Source of the DNA: the human T2T-CHM13v2.0 reference genome, Homo sapiens
Assembly: GCF_009914755.1 (NCBI RefSeq)
Contig: NC_060947.1
Direction: 5' to 3' (one strand)
DNA length: 64,000 bases
In this document: positions 40,824 to 55,050 of the stretch, in pieces
How the letters are laid out: every line of letters begins with the position of its first letter
How positions within the stretch are numbered: the first letter of the stretch is position 1
Position numbers and translations under genes: made by a program
Notes under the pieces: model-generated
Databases searched by the model: none
Seen by the model: only the letters and a program-made list of their open reading frames with translations
Told to the model about the DNA's origin: nothing

Positions 40824-42581
40824 ATTTATTTTTAATTTTTAATTTCCATAGTTTTTTGGGGAACAGGTGGTGTTTAGTTACATGAATAATTTCTTTAGTG
40901 GTTATTTCTGAGATTTTGGTGCACCCGTGACCCAACCAGTGTTCACTGTACTCAATGTGTAGTCTTTTATCCCTTACCACCCCCCAACCCTTTCCCCCAA
41001 ATCCCAAAAGTCCAATGTATTATTCTTATGCCTTTGTGTCTCATAGCTTAGCTCCCACGTTTGAGTGAGAACATACGATGTTTGGTTTCCATTTCTGAGT
41101 TACTTCACTTAGAATAATAGTCCCCAATTCCAGCCAGGTTGCTGTGAATGCCATTATTTCATTCCTGAGTAGTATTTCAGGGTATATATACACCATATAT
41201 TTTTTATCCACTCGTTGATTGATGGGCATTTGGGTTGGCTCCATATTTTTGCAATTACAAATTGTGCTGCTATGAACATGCATGTGCAAGTATCTTTTTC
41301 ATATAATGACTTCTTTTCCTCTGAGTGGATACCTAGTAGTGGGATTGCTGGATCAAATTGTAGATCTACTTTAGTGCTTTAAGGAATCTCCACACTGTTT
41401 TCTATAGTGGTCGTACTAGTTTACATTCCCACTGACAGTCTAAAAGTGCTCACTTTTCACTGCATCCACATCAACATCTATTATTTTTTAATTTTTTGAT
41501 GATGGCCATTCTTGCAGGAATAAGGGGATATAACATTATGGTTTTGATTTGAATTTCCCTGATAATTAGTGATGTTGAGCATTTTTCCACATGCTTGTTG
41601 GCCATTTGTATATCTTCTTTTGAGAACTGTCTATTCATGTCCTTAGCCCACTTTTCGATTGGATTGTTTGCTTTTTGTTTTTTTTTTCTTGCTGATTTGT
41701 TTGAGTTCTTTGTAGATTCTGGATATTAGTCCTCTGTCAGATGTATAGATTTTGAAGATTTTCTTCTACTCTGCGGGTTGTCTGTTAACTCTGCTGATTA
41801 TTATTTTTTATTTTTACTGTGCAGAAGTTTTTTTTAGTTTAATTAAGTCCCATCTATTTATCTTTGCTTTTGTTGCATTTGCTTTTGGGTTCTTGGTAAT
41901 GAAGTTTTTGCCTAAGCCAATGTCTAGAAGGGTTTTTCTGATGTTATCTTCTAGAATTTTTATGGTTTCAGGTCTTAGATTTAAGTCTTTGATCCATCCT
42001 GAGTTGATTTTTGGATATGGTGAGAGATGAGGATCCAGTTTCATTCTTCTACATGTGGCTTGCCAAGTATCCCAGCATCATTAGTTGAATAGACTGTCCT
42101 TTTCCCACTTTATGTTTTTGTTTGCTTTATCAAAGATCAGTTGGCTGTTAAGTATTTGGCTTTATTTCTGTGTTCACTATTCTGTTTCATTGGTCCATAT
42201 GCCTATTTTTAAACCAGTACCATGCTGTTTTGGTAACTATGGCCTAATCATATAATTTGAAGTTGAGTAATATGATGCCTCCAGGTTTGTTCTTTTTGCT
42301 TACTCTTGCTTTGGCTATGAGGGCTCTTTTTGGTTCCATATGAATTTTAGGATTGTTTTTTCTAGTTCTGCGGAGAATGATGGTGGTATTTTGATGGGAA
42401 TTGCTTTGAATTTGTAAATTGCTTTTGGCAGTATGGACATTTTTACAATATTGATTCTACCCATCCATGAGCATGGGATGCACTTCCACTTGTTTGTGTC
42501 ATCTATGATTTCTTTCAGCAGTGTTTTGTAGTTTTCCTTGTAGAAGTCTTTCACCTCCTTGGTTAGGTATTTTCCTGAGGG

Positions 42582-42612
<31 letters not shown>

Positions 42613-44831
42613 GCAGCTATTGTGAAAGGGCTTGAGTTCTTGATTTGATTCTCAGCTTGGTCACTGTTGGTGTATTGCAGAGCTAGTGATTTCTGTACAT
42701 TAATTTTCTATCCTGAAACTTTGCTGAATTCTTTTACCAGTTCTAGGAGATTTTTAGATGAGTCTTTAGGGTTTTCTAAGTATATGATCATGTCATCAGC
42801 AAACAGCAACAGTCTGACTTCCTCTTTACTGATTTGGATGCCCTTTGATTTCTTTCTCTTCTCTGATTGCTCTGGCTAGGACTTCCAGCCCTATGTTGAA
42901 TAGAAGTGGTAAAAGTGAGCATCCTGTCTTGTTCCAGTTCTCAGGGGGAATGCTTTCAACTTTTCCCTCTTCAGTATAATGTTGGCTGTGGGTTTGTCAT
43001 AGATGGCTTTAATTACCTTAAGGTATGTCCCTTCTATGCCAATTTTGCTGAGGATTTTAATCAAAAGGGGATGCTGGATTTTGTCAAATGCTTTTTCTGC
43101 ATCTATTTAGATGACCATGTGATTTTTGTTTTTAATTCTGTTAATGCGCTGTATCACATTTATTGACTTACATATGTTAAAACATCCCTGCATCCCTGGT
43201 ATGAAACTCACTTGAGCATGGTGGGTTATCTTTTTGATATGCTGTTGGAATTGGTTTGCTAGTATTTTGTTGAGGATTTTCACATCTATGTTCATCAGGG
43301 ATATTAGTCTGTAGTTTTCTTTTTTTGTTATGTCCTTCTCTGGTTTTGGTATTAGGGTGATACTGGCTTCATAGAATGATTTAGGGAGGATTCCTTCTTT
43401 CCCTATTTTTTGAAATAGTGTCAATAGGATTGGTACCAAATCTTCTTTGAATGTTTGTTAGAATTCAGCTGTGAATCTGTCTGGTCCAGGATTTTTTTTT
43501 TGTTGGGAATTTTTTTTATTACCATTTCAATCTCACTGCTTGTCATTGGTCTGTTCAGATATTCTATATCTTCATGGTTTAATCTAGGAGGATTGTATAT
43601 TTCCAGGAATTTGTCCATCTCCTCTAGGTTTTCCAGTTTATGCACATATAGGTGTTCATAGTAGCCTTGAATAATCTTTTTTTAAAATTTATTTGGTGTC
43701 AATTGTAATATATCTCATTTTGTTTGCAGTTGAGCTTATTTGGATCTTCTCTCTTCTTGGTTAATCCTGCTAATGGTCTACAAATTTTATTTATATTTTC
43801 AAAGAACAAGCTTTTTGTTTCACTTATTTTTTGTATTTTTTTTTGTTTCATTTTGTTTCATTTAGTTCTGCTCTGATCTTTGTTATTTCTTTTCTTCTGC
43901 TGGGTTTGGGTTTGGATTTTTCTTGTTTCTCCAGTTCCATGAGGTGTGACCTTAGATTGTCTATTTGTGCTGTTTCCAACTTTTTGATGTAGTCATTTAG
44001 TGCTATGAACTTTCCTCTTAGCACTGCTTTTGCTGTATCCCAGATGTTTTAATAGGTTGTGTCACTATTATCATTTAGTTCAAACAATTTTTAAATTTCC
44101 ATCTTGATTTCATTTTTGACCCAACAGTCATTCAGGAGCAGGTCATTTAATTTTCATGTATTTGCTGGCTTTTGAAGGTTCCTTTTGGAGTTGATTTCCA
44201 ATTATATTTCACTGTGGTCTTAGAGAGTACTTGATGTAATTTCGATTTTCTTAAATTACTGAGACTTATTTTGTGGCCTCTCATATGGTCTATCTTAGAG
44301 AATGTTCCATGTGCTGATGACTAGAATATATATTCTGCAGTTGTTGGGTAGAATGTTCTATAAATATCTGTTAAGTCCATTTGTTGTAGGGTGTAGTTTA
44401 AGTCCATTGTTTCTTTGTTGACTTTCTGCCTTGATGACCTATCTAGTGCTGTCAGTGGAGTATTAAAATCCCCCACTATTATTGTGTTGCCATCTATCTC
44501 ATTTCTTAAGTCTAGTAGTAATTATTTTATAAATTTGGGAGCTCCAGTGTTAGGTGCATATATATTTAGAATTGTGATCTATTCCTGTTGGACTAGTCTT
44601 TTTATCATTATATGATGTCCTTCTTTGCCTTCTTAAACTGCTGTTGCTTTAAAGTTTGTTTTGTCTGATGTAAGAACAGCTACTCTTGCTCGCTTTTGGT
44701 GTCCATTTGTATGGAATATCTTTTTCCATCCCTTTACTTTAAGTTTATGTGAGTCTTTATGTGTTAGGTGAATCTCTTGAAGACAGCAGAAACTTGTTTG
44801 GTGAATTCTTATCCATTCTGCCATTCTGTAA

Positions 44832-45137
<306 letters not shown>

Positions 45138-47250
45138 CATTCTGTAACTTTTAAGTGGAGCGTTGAGGCCATTTACATTCAATGTCAGTATTGAGATATG
45201 AGATGCTATTCTATTCATCATGCTATTTGTTGCCTGAATACCTTGTGCTTTTTTCATTCTATTATTGTCGTGTAAGTCCTGTGACAATTATCCTTTAAGG
45301 AGGTTCTATTTTGGTGTATTTAGAGGATTTGTTTCAATGTTTACAGCTTCTTTTAGCAATTCTCATAGGGTTGGCTTGGTAGTGGCAATTTCAGCATTCG
45401 TTTGTCTGGAAAAGACTGTATCTTTTCTTCATTTATGAAGCTTAGTTTTGCTAAGTACAAAATTCTTGGCTGATAATTACTTTGTTTAGGGAGGCTAAAA
45501 ATAGGACCCCAATCCCTTCTAGCTTGTAGGGTTTCTGCTGATAAATCTGCTGTTAATCTGGCAGATGTTTCTTTATAGGTTACCTGATGCTTTTGCCTCA
45601 CAGCTCTTAAGATTCTTTTTTTCACCCTGACTGTAGATAACCTGATGACTATGTGCCTAGGCAATGATGTTTTTGTGATGAATTTCCCATGTGTTCCTTG
45701 TGCTTCTTGTATTTGGATGTCTAGATCTCTAGCAAGGCCAGGGAAGTTTTCCTCAATTATTCCCTCAAATATCTTTTCCAAACTTTTAGATTTCTCTTCT
45801 TCCTTGGGAACACCAGTTATTCTTAGGTTTGGACGTTTAACATAGTCCAAAATTTCTTTGATGTTCTGTTCATCTTAAAAAAAATTTCTGTGTCTTCAAC
45901 AGATCAGGTTAATTTAAAAGCTTTGTCTTCAAGCTCTGAGGTTCTTTCTTCTGCTTATTCGATTCTGTTGCTGAGAACCTCCAGTGCATTTTGCACTTCT
46001 CTAAGTGTGTCCTTGATTTCCAGATGTTGTGATTGTTTTTTGTTTATGCTCTCCATTTCACTGAATAATTTTCCTTTCATATCCTGCATTATGTTTTTGA
46101 TTTCTTTGAGTTGGACTTTACCTTTCTCAGGTGCCTCCTTGATTAGCTTAATAATCAACCTTCTGAATTCTTTTTCTGGCAGTTCAGAGATATTGTCTTG
46201 GGTTGGATCCATTGCTGGTGAGCTGGTATGTTCTTTTGGGGGTGTTGAATAACCTTGTTTTGTCATATTAATAGAATTGTTTTTTTGGTTCCTTTTCATT
46301 TGGGTTGACTATGTCAGAGGGAAGATCTGGGATTCAAGGGCTGCTGCTCAGATTGTTCTGTCCCACAGTATGTTCCCTTGATGTGGTGTTCCCCCACTTC
46401 CCCTAGGACTGGGGCTCCCTGAGAGCCAAATTGTAGTGATTGTTTTTACTTTTCTTGGCCTAGTCACCCAGCAGAGCTATCTGGCTCTGGACTGGTACTG
46501 GGGAGTGTCTGCAGAGTCCCATGATATGATCTATCGTCAGATCTTGCAGCTGTGGATACCAGCACCTGCTCCAGTGGAGGTAGCAGGGGAGTGATGTGGA
46601 CTCTGTGAGGGTCTTTGGTTGTGTTTTTGTTTAGTATGCTGGTTTTATGTTGGTTGGCCTCCAGCCAGGAGGTGGCACTTTCAAGGATGCATCAGCAGCA
46701 GCCTTATAGGGAGGATGCCAACTTGCCCTAGGACACCTGGTTAAGTACTCGGTTTTCTCTGGTGGTGGGCAGGGCCATAGCGCTCCCAAGAGATTATCCC
46801 CTTTGTCTTTGTCTGCCAAGTTGGGAAGAGAAAGACCACCAAGTGGGGGCAAGGATAGGTGTGTCTGAGCTCTGCCTCTCTTTAGGTATGGCTTGCTGTG
46901 GCTGCTGTGAGGGATTGGGGTGCTCTTCCCAGTCCAATGGAGTTATGTTCCCAGGGGGATTATGGCTGACTCTGCTGAGTCATACAGGTCTCCAGGGAAG
47001 TGGGGTAAAGCCGGCAGTCACAGGCCTCACGCTGCTCCCATGCATCTGCAGTCCTAAAGGCTGGTCTCACTCCCACCATGTACCTCCCCCCCACCAATAG
47101 AACTGAGTCTATTTCCAAGCAGTTAGTGACCAGGGCTGGGAACTTGCCTCAGACCCTCAGCCTCCCCACTCAGAAAGCAAGCAGGCTCACAGGTTTTTGG
47201 CATCTCAGGGAGCCTGCAGCAGTGATCCAGATCCTTCAAAGAGTCTGTGG

Positions 47251-47368
47251 ATTATCTCAGCTTTCCTGGTACGTTCCAGTATTATCTCAGCTTTCCTAGT
47301 ATGTTTCCTGGTATGTTTCTGGTATGTTCCGGGTATGTTTCTGTATCTCAGCTTTCCTGGTATGTTCC
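47251..47368. repeat. Local tandem expansion within the L1 5'UTR
   Basis: Three copies of tatctcagctttcct plus about six imperfect ggtatgtt(t/c)c units. Confidence 0.85.
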
Positions 47369-48699
47369 TTAGAGCAAAAGTTAACAATGTGAGTTTCCAC
47401 ATGTTACTCTGTCTGTAGGAGCAGGAGCTGCAAGCTACTCCTGCCTCTTCTCCGCCATCTCAATCCTAGTACCACCCCTTTTACATTTTTAATTGGCATT
47501 CTTCTGTGAGGAAGATTTGGCCCTTTACCTCATTTATTTATATAATCATCTATTTGATCCAAGAATCATATGGACTCTTGGATATTTATTTTATACTTTG
47601 GATTATAATCTAATACTGTTATAATTTACTTTCTTGCTCACATTTTCAAGTGTCAGACATAGAAAGCTATTTTAGTTTGGCTCTTGTATTCTTTTGACAT
47701 CACCTGAAACATTTTAATATACTTTCCTGTGTGTGTGTGTGTCCATCTCATTCAATTAGGTTGTCCTCAAAGACAGAAATGTTGTACTATTTATTTTTGT
47801 GTTCCTTGTGTTGAACACAGTGATGGACATGGTAGGTCCTTGATAAATGTCTGTTGAATGAATTAGAGGAACAGAGAAATGGGAGTGGAAGATTTATCTC
47901 ACTAATAAAGGAAGAATTCATCACTTTAGGCCCATACAAGTCCATATGGGACCACAGGAAACTTAGATACAGAGTTTTTTGTAAAGACCTCATCATTTTT
48001 ATGAGAATATCATCTAACACAGTTATAGATCAATTTGTGAACAGAATTTCTGCTGCCAAAGAAGAAGAGGTATTGTTGAATAAGTGAACATAGATAGGGT
48101 GCTTGAAATAGTAAGTGTCCCCAGAATCATGGCCTCAGAGTTTGGAAGTGTGCTTTGTGAAGAGCATTTGGAAGCAGTCCATATACATTCCCTGAACACA
48201 GAGCCTTCATAAGCTACTTCTGACTGGGAAGTTCTCACTGACTCCTGACATCCCAGAGAGTCACATTCTGTCCAGGATCAGGAGGGTGGTATAGATTTTA
48301 GAGTGAGGCTATTCAGCCAGTCAGAATAGTTGGCTAAGAAATTTAATGCTTTAAGGTAATATCTCATGTATCCCAGAGTTTCTGAGATTTATTTTTCTTT
48401 TTTCTTTGCACCTGTGAGAAAAAGCCAGCTAGTGGCAAAATTTTAGAAAACTTCTGATTCTCATCCATTTTCATCTTTGGTAAGGACCATCGATCTAGGT
48501 TTCTCAATAGAGAGCTTAGAGCTCCTGAAGGCAAAGTTGTATGAAACTCAGCCAGGATATTCTTGGTCTCTGCCCAGGTATTAAATAAGAGCCAGAAAAA
48601 GCTGCACTCAGGCTAACTCACAGCTACCTTAGTCTCACAATGTCCAGAAGAGAGAAGATAACCAATCATCTTTGGGTGGTGGGAAAACCTTTCTAGAAC

Positions 48700-48925
48700 T
48701 GTAACAGAGTAGGCAATAGAATCAGTGAAACTTGAGTTGGAATTTTCTTTACCTCTTGCTTATTTTATAACCTTGGACAAATTGCTTCCTCAAGCCTCGG
48801 TTTCTTCATCTGTAAAATGACGATAATATTGCCACCTTGGTAGGTGGCTTTAAGGAGATAAATCATAGATGTAAAGCCCCTAATGGAATACTTGGCACAC
48901 AGCAGGTGCTGAAGAATGACACCTG
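48700..48925 (+). mobile_element. MIR SINE
   Basis: accttggacaaattgctt...agcctcggtttcttcatctgtaaaatg...cttggcacacagcaggtgct. Confidence 0.8.
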
Positions 48926-50344
48926 TTATGAAGGCTCCAAACTCCCATTCCGTAAGCTCTTCTTGCAATTTCAAGTTCTTGTCCAGTCTGTAGTAAGTAA
49001 CTGTTGCTGCACTACTCCAACCCAAATGTGAAAAGAATTCACAAGCCTTCCTTTATACAGCCCACAATGCCCCCGGCCTGCAACCTTTCCTTTTAGTTTT
49101 TAATTATGTTTATAGTTCTCCTCAGAATGGCTCCCAAAAAGTTTCAGATTGTTACCAGCTGAAAAAAACCTCCAAAATCAACCTCCTTCTTGTATCTATT
49201 GTCCTCTCTTCAAACCATCCTGTGGCTCTCTTGACAATACTTTGTGTTCCTACAGCATATTCTAGTAAAATAGGATTAAGTCTTTTCTGTTTGGCTCTAG
49301 GAAGGCATATTGCTTTCTGATCAAGTGTTACAAGCATTTTTTCAATACAAGGAGAGATGGAGAAAAATGTATACCACATCAGCCAGAATCTCTAGTAGAA
49401 AAAAATTCCTACACATGGGAAATTCTCTTCACCTGAAAGGCTTAAATATAATATAGTGATTAGTTTAGATTGTTACTTGACTTCTGAGTAGTATGACTCT
49501 AAAAACACAGAGCTCTTACATGCATTTTAGCTTTCTCTGCATCCAGTACTCTGCCCGGTCAGGCTGACAGAGATGAATCTTTGAGTATAAGCTTTTAGGT
49601 TAGATTGTCGCAAGCACAGCACTGCACATCCTATAAGCTGACAATAAATAATAAGAGCATATAGTAAACACATATAAAAATTATATGGCCTGGCCTCATG
49701 TAGTGCAAGATATAACTCCTGTAATCAAGACCTAACTGGCCATTTTTAGGACACCAGTTCCCTTCTATAAATCTCCTGCTTCCAGGACTGCAATTTGATA
49801 TGTGTAGCTGAGAAAAAAGTTGGTAAGTGGGCAGAATATTTGCCTTAAATATCTGAGGAGAAACCATAAAAGGAAGAGCTGAAAATTATTAATGTGGTCA
49901 GTGGGGCAAGAAAGAGATTACAGAGCTTAAATTGTGTTTTCCCAAGCGTCAAGCTAGCTACATCATTAGGGAAAACAGCATATAAAACAAAAGGTGAAAC
50001 AGAGAGCATTCTAAAAACTCATCATTAAAATAATTTCAATATCTTATATTTATAGGCAGATTAGTCAGAAAAAGAAGCCTACAAGATTCCTTGTAGGATG
50101 AGTTTCCAGAATAGGGGTACAAGGTCAGGCAGAGTCACTCTGATTGGGATAAGAAGAATTGAAAATGAAATAGATGGGGTTAGCCATCTGTGGAAATCTT
50201 TTCAGAAGCAACCAACCCTAAGAGATATCTTGAAAATGTGTTGCCTAATGAAATGAAGACAAGTCCCTAAAATTTCCTTGGGAAGATGCCAATCAAAATG
50301 TCATGCATTTAGGATCTGCTGTAATCTCAGAATTGTTACTTAGA

Positions 50345-50530
50345 TTGGGAGTCATAAGAGCTGGCATCCTACACTTGCTGAGTGACCTTGGGGAAGTTAT
50401 TTGACCTCCCTGAGACTCAGTTTCTTCATCTGCAACATGATAAAGACTTATATCTACCTGATAGAATTGCTGTATTATATGAAAATATTCATGAGAAAGT
50501 GCTTTATAAATGATAAAAACCCTAAAATAT
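50345..50530 (+). mobile_element. MIR SINE
   Basis: gtgaccttggggaagttatttgacctccctgagactcagtttcttcatctg. Confidence 0.8.
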
Positions 50531-51299
50531 TAATTTGATGATGATGCTAATGATGAAAGTGACAAAAATGTAAATGGATATGGGCTGTAGAAAAAGGATA
50601 ATTGTAGTGAATGTTCTTCTTAATTGTGATTGTGACTAGGTCTCCCTGCCTGGTTTAGGGATATCCTAGGGTGCTACCGCCCACTGCCTACATATTTTAA
50701 CCCACCCAGCCATAATTACCAGTGATTTGTCATCTGTCTCCCTTGCACATGATGGCAAGTATCTCTTATTCCCTTGCCAAACCCTCCCCTTTCTTACTTT
50801 AAAGCACCTCCCATTTCTCCTTGCAACTAGTTCTATGTAATTAAAGGAAGAGAAATCATGATGTAGTCTTGCCCAGCATTTTTCTCTCTTTTCTACCATC
50901 TTTCTTTTGCTTATTACTCCCCAAAATACATCTTCATGCAAAATAAGTTGTCAAAAGTGCCTTTGATTAGGTCAATAACCATAGCCTTTGATCTAAAGCT
51001 TGCTTCATTTTAATTCTACACTGGAACCCCGCCAGGCATTCCTAAATGTTTTATGGCTTATGGTTGTACAGTCCTAGGAGACTACCAAGTCTCTATCCAA
51101 TGTGATTTTTATCATGTGATTTGGCAACTGATTTCAAGTATATGCATATCTTCTACTTATGCTTCCACTCCCATCAGCTCTTTTGTAAATCCTGCTCTAG
51201 GACTGTCAACTGGTCAAGTTTGTGTTCTACCTTGGCAATGTATTGTCAAGATATATAATTTATTTTGATTGCTTGAAAAACACTTAATACAGAGTTCAG

Positions 51300-51870
51300 C
51301 ATTGGAAAGAACATTACACCAAAAAGTCAGGGGAACTAAGTTCAAGTTGTCAGCCTGCCACTAACTATCTATGTGACTTGAACAAACCACTGTATTTGTT
51401 GAACTTCAGTTTCCTTATCTGTAAAATTAGAATGATCACTGTTTTACTGTGTATCTCACAGAAGCATTGCAAGGATCACTGTATCCTGTACTTGTGTCTC
51501 TCATGCTATTTATTACTTTGTGCTTTAATTGTTTGCTTATTTATCTATCTCTCTATTCCCAGAACCTAGCAGAAAACCAGACATATAGTAGGTGCTCAAT
51601 GACATTTGTTGGAAGAATGAGCACATGAATGAATAAGGTAGTGATTGTGAAAGTGATTTGCAAAAATAAAAATGTATTCAAAATTATTTCAAAATGTCCT
51701 AGTAAGACAAGTATTGTAAGTATTTGCATACCCCGTTTAGAGATGAAGTAATAGACTCAGAGGGGTAAAGTACATTGTCCAAGGTGGTAAAATGACTTGA
51801 TGATGGATAAATGAGAAGACTGGGGTCTTTTGACTCCTAGTCCAGCTCATTCTCTACTGTAGTACATTGT
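51300..51870. mobile_element. Cluster of MIR (+), L2 3' end (+) and MIR (-) relics
   Basis: MIR core about 51360-51470; L2 tail tagtaggtgctcaatgacatttgttggaagaatga about 51590-51635; antisense MIR core about 51730-51860. Confidence 0.65.
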
Positions 51871-52170
51871 CTCACGTTTTGCTATCAGTATTGTAAATCT
51901 TATTGGATGGAGACTTCAGATATCTTATTTTCTGGACCATGTGGGATGAGACTATAGTAATGATCAATTTGGCCTGGGCTTCTCAAAACACTAGAGTGTA
52001 AAAAGTGACTGGTAGTGCTTAGGGCCCATTATGTAGTTTTTTTTTTAATAGTTTGATTCTGAAGTAATCTATCAGACCAATAAACTCAGAGCAAAAGAGC
52101 ACTTTTGAGCAGGGCCTAGCTGAGTAAGAAACCACTACCCAACAACAGAAGTTAAAAACATTTGCAATCA

Positions 52171-52273
52171 TAGTGACCCGAGATCACACTCCAACCTGGG
52201 TGACAGAGTGAGACTCTGTCTCAAAAAAACAACAACAAGCAAAAAAAAAAACAAACAACAACAACAACAAAAA
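52171..52273 (+). mobile_element. Alu 3' fragment with an (AAC)n-patterned tail
   Basis: agtgacccgagatcacactccaacctgggtgacagagtgagactctgtctcaaaa; no clear TSD. Confidence 0.85.
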
Positions 52274-53084
52274 TTGAAGTTATGACTACAATTTGCAGAT
52301 AATCAGACAATTGACAGGAAGCCAGACTTTTCTAAACCACTTTAAACCACTTTCTTCTCATGAAACCAGGTAACTTGCCTTTATTTTATCAAGAAACTGT
52401 TACCCTATGATTCTTTGCAGCTAGAATGAATGCTAAAAGAGCAATAAACACCTTTAGGAAACAAGTGTAGGACAGAATTCAGGAGCCCTGCAATTGCAGT
52501 GTGGTGTCTCAATCAATTACATTGAAAAAGCAGCAGCTGCAGAGGCATTGTTACCTTGGAAACAAAATAAGCATAGCTTATAGAAGTGGACAACACGACC
52601 TGAGCACCCCATGCACTTTTATGTGAAGATAGTTCAGAGCACAATTATGCCAATTCCTGCCACACACTAATACCAATTTTAATACACAGAGAACAGCCCT
52701 TGAAATCTTCCCTGAGGTTTGCTTTTGGCACTGTATTATATTGCAAGCACACTGAGTAACCAAATCTAGATGGGCTCCAAGAAATCTCTGTGTTGGACTC
52801 AATTCCATCCTAGAATATTTATATTTATTATTTATTATTATTATTTATTTATTTATATTTATTATATACCTTTCAGCTCCACCATCATACCTCCTCCCAC
52901 AAACAAGAGCTCATCTTTTCTCATATGTAGTATTGCAATAACCTTTTAGGTAGACCCTTTTGGCCTGTTTTTGGACCACCTACAACACTTCCTTTACATG
53001 GTTCCCCGAGTAATCTTTCTAAAATTCAAATATTTGATCACGCTATTATCCTATAAAAACCCTCTTAAGTAGTTCTCCATAATC

Positions 53085-53370
53085 TCAACTGTATTTTAAA
53101 AAATGTACCCTGGGGTTGCACTGTCAAATAAGTTTGAGGAAGTGTTTCTTAAAATATTCCTGCTCCTGGGCATTCGCCCTGCGTAGCAGTGTATTGAGAG
53201 CTCTGAGAAGAGTACCATAAAAATCTGTTTGATTTGTTAAATCCAGTACTTCCATACTTATTTGACCACAGACCCATTTTTCATACTACCTCTACCAACA
53301 TGTCTAAGCCATTGATATATCAATTTATCAATCTCTTCAGTGTCACTCTCTGAAAAAAATGGTTTGGTAA
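53085..53370. mobile_element. hAT-Charlie relic (MER112-like)
   Basis: Internal inverted motif gtcaaataagt / acttatttgac and gctctgagaag core. Confidence 0.5.
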
Positions 53371-53494
53371 GTTGTCAGTATCTGAACAATTTCTTAGACC
53401 CATGTGCTTTTTTAGTTACAAGTTAGCTTAAAAAAAAACCTTAAAGTTTTTAAAATGTTTTGTTTTTAGCTCATTGGCTTGTATTCTATTTTAT

Positions 53495-53704
53495 TAATTA
53501 ACAAACTTTATTTTACAGAGCAGTTTTAGGTCCACAGCAAAGTTGAACAGAAAGTACAGAGTTCCCATATATCTCTACCTTCACACATGGACAACTTTCC
53601 CATTGACCACATCCTGTAATCAGGTACATTTGTTACAATCAATGAACCTATATTGACCCATCATTATCACCCAAAGTCCATAGTTTACATTAGATTTCAC
53701 TCTC
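53495..53704 (-). mobile_element. L1MC-type 3' end fragment
   Basis: gagcagttttaggtccacagcaaagttgaacagaaagtacagagttcccatata...catcattatcacccaaagtccatagtttacattag. Confidence 0.85.
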
Positions 53705-54060
53705 GGGAAAACCTTAAGTTCTCACTGTGAATTGGTTCCTTGTCAGTTTCTAGCCTCTATTGGGATTATACTTCTGTTTAAAATAGGGGCACCAAGCAAC
53801 TCATTTTTAGGGATCAGCTTTTTACTACTCAATAAAGGTCCTTGATAAAGAATCTTACCATACCATGAACTTAGTTGTACATCAACATCTTAGGGAATCA
53901 GTTGTTCTCATTAACAACATTTCCCACAGAGCTGAAGGCTAATCCTTTCCTGCCATCAAGGGCATGACACCAAGGTACAGCACACAAACAGAAAAGATGT
54001 GTGTTGAGTTTTGAAAAGGGAATAGAAGTTTGCCAAATTAAGAAATAGAGAAATGGATTC

Positions 54061-54427
54061 TGCTGTGGACTGAACTGTGTCTCCCCCCACCCAAATTCAT
54101 ATGTTAAAGCTCTAACCTCATATGATTGTCCTTGGGAAAAGGGCCTTTAGAAAAGGGATTCAGGTGAAATGAAGTCATAAGGGCGGGGACCTGATCCACT
54201 ACAACTGGTGCCCTTAAAAGAATAGAAAAAGACAGCTGATCTTTCTCTCCACCGTGTGAAGTCACATGGAGAAGACGTCCATCTACAAGCCATGAAGAGG
54301 ACCCCCCTGGACCTAACCATACTGCCACCCTGTTCTGCGAATTCCAGCTTCCAGACCTATAGAAAATACTTTTCTATTGTTTAAGCTACCCAGTCTGTAT
54401 TTTGTTATGGCAGTCTGAGCTAAGACA
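54061..54427 (+). mobile_element. MaLR solo LTR (MLT1A/B-like)
   Basis: tgctgtggactgaactgtgtc...aaattcatatgttaaagc...tttgttatggcag...ctaagaca. Confidence 0.85.
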
Positions 54428-54864
54428 GTGTCCAAATAGAGAGAATAGCCTATATACAGGTAAAATGTCACAGGAAAAGAGTTTGCAAAGACTACCAGGT
54501 GATAAAGCCAGATTGCACATGCCCTTTATGTCATTCAAAGAGTTTTCAAAAAACACTGGTCAATAGGATTAAGTCCAATGTGTGTTCTTTTCAACAGTAG
54601 TTATATTGTGCTTTAGGGACAATTTACAAGAAAAGAGAAAAAAGTCAGGAAATACAACTGGAGCCTGTGAATGCTCCAGGAACTGATAAGAAAACTATAA
54701 GATTGATAAAGGATGACCTGATTTTCAGGAGTGGAAACTTCAGTGTCTACATCATCTTTCAACTCAGTTGTCATAATAGCTTCTTAACTGTTCTCTGAAA
54801 ATCTACTCTTGTCCCTTCCCAACCCTGCAAACCCATTTTTTTCTACCTCAGACAGAGTTGTAGA

Positions 54865-55050
54865 TAAAGCTTCTCACAATCTGATGTGCATTGGAATTCC
54901 CTGAAGGGCTGGTTAAACAGATTACTGGACTCTACTCCCAGAGATTCTGGGTCAACAGGTCTGTGGTGGAGCCCTGAGAATTTGAACATCTACCAGCTCC
55001 CAGGTGATGCTTTTGCTGCCAGTCCTTGGACCATACTTTGAGGACCACTG
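54865..55050. mobile_element. MER5A-like DNA transposon
   Basis: cccagagattctg...ggtctgtggtggagccctgagaattt...ctcccaggtgatgc...catactttgaggaccactg. Confidence 0.8.

Noticed and set aside
47854-48087. 77-aa ORF with protein-like composition (possible processed pseudogene fragment)
   Set aside because: I recognise no homologue in any frame, it has a non-ATG start inside an L2-like tail, and there is no poly(A) or TSD. A BLASTX hit would be needed to revive it.
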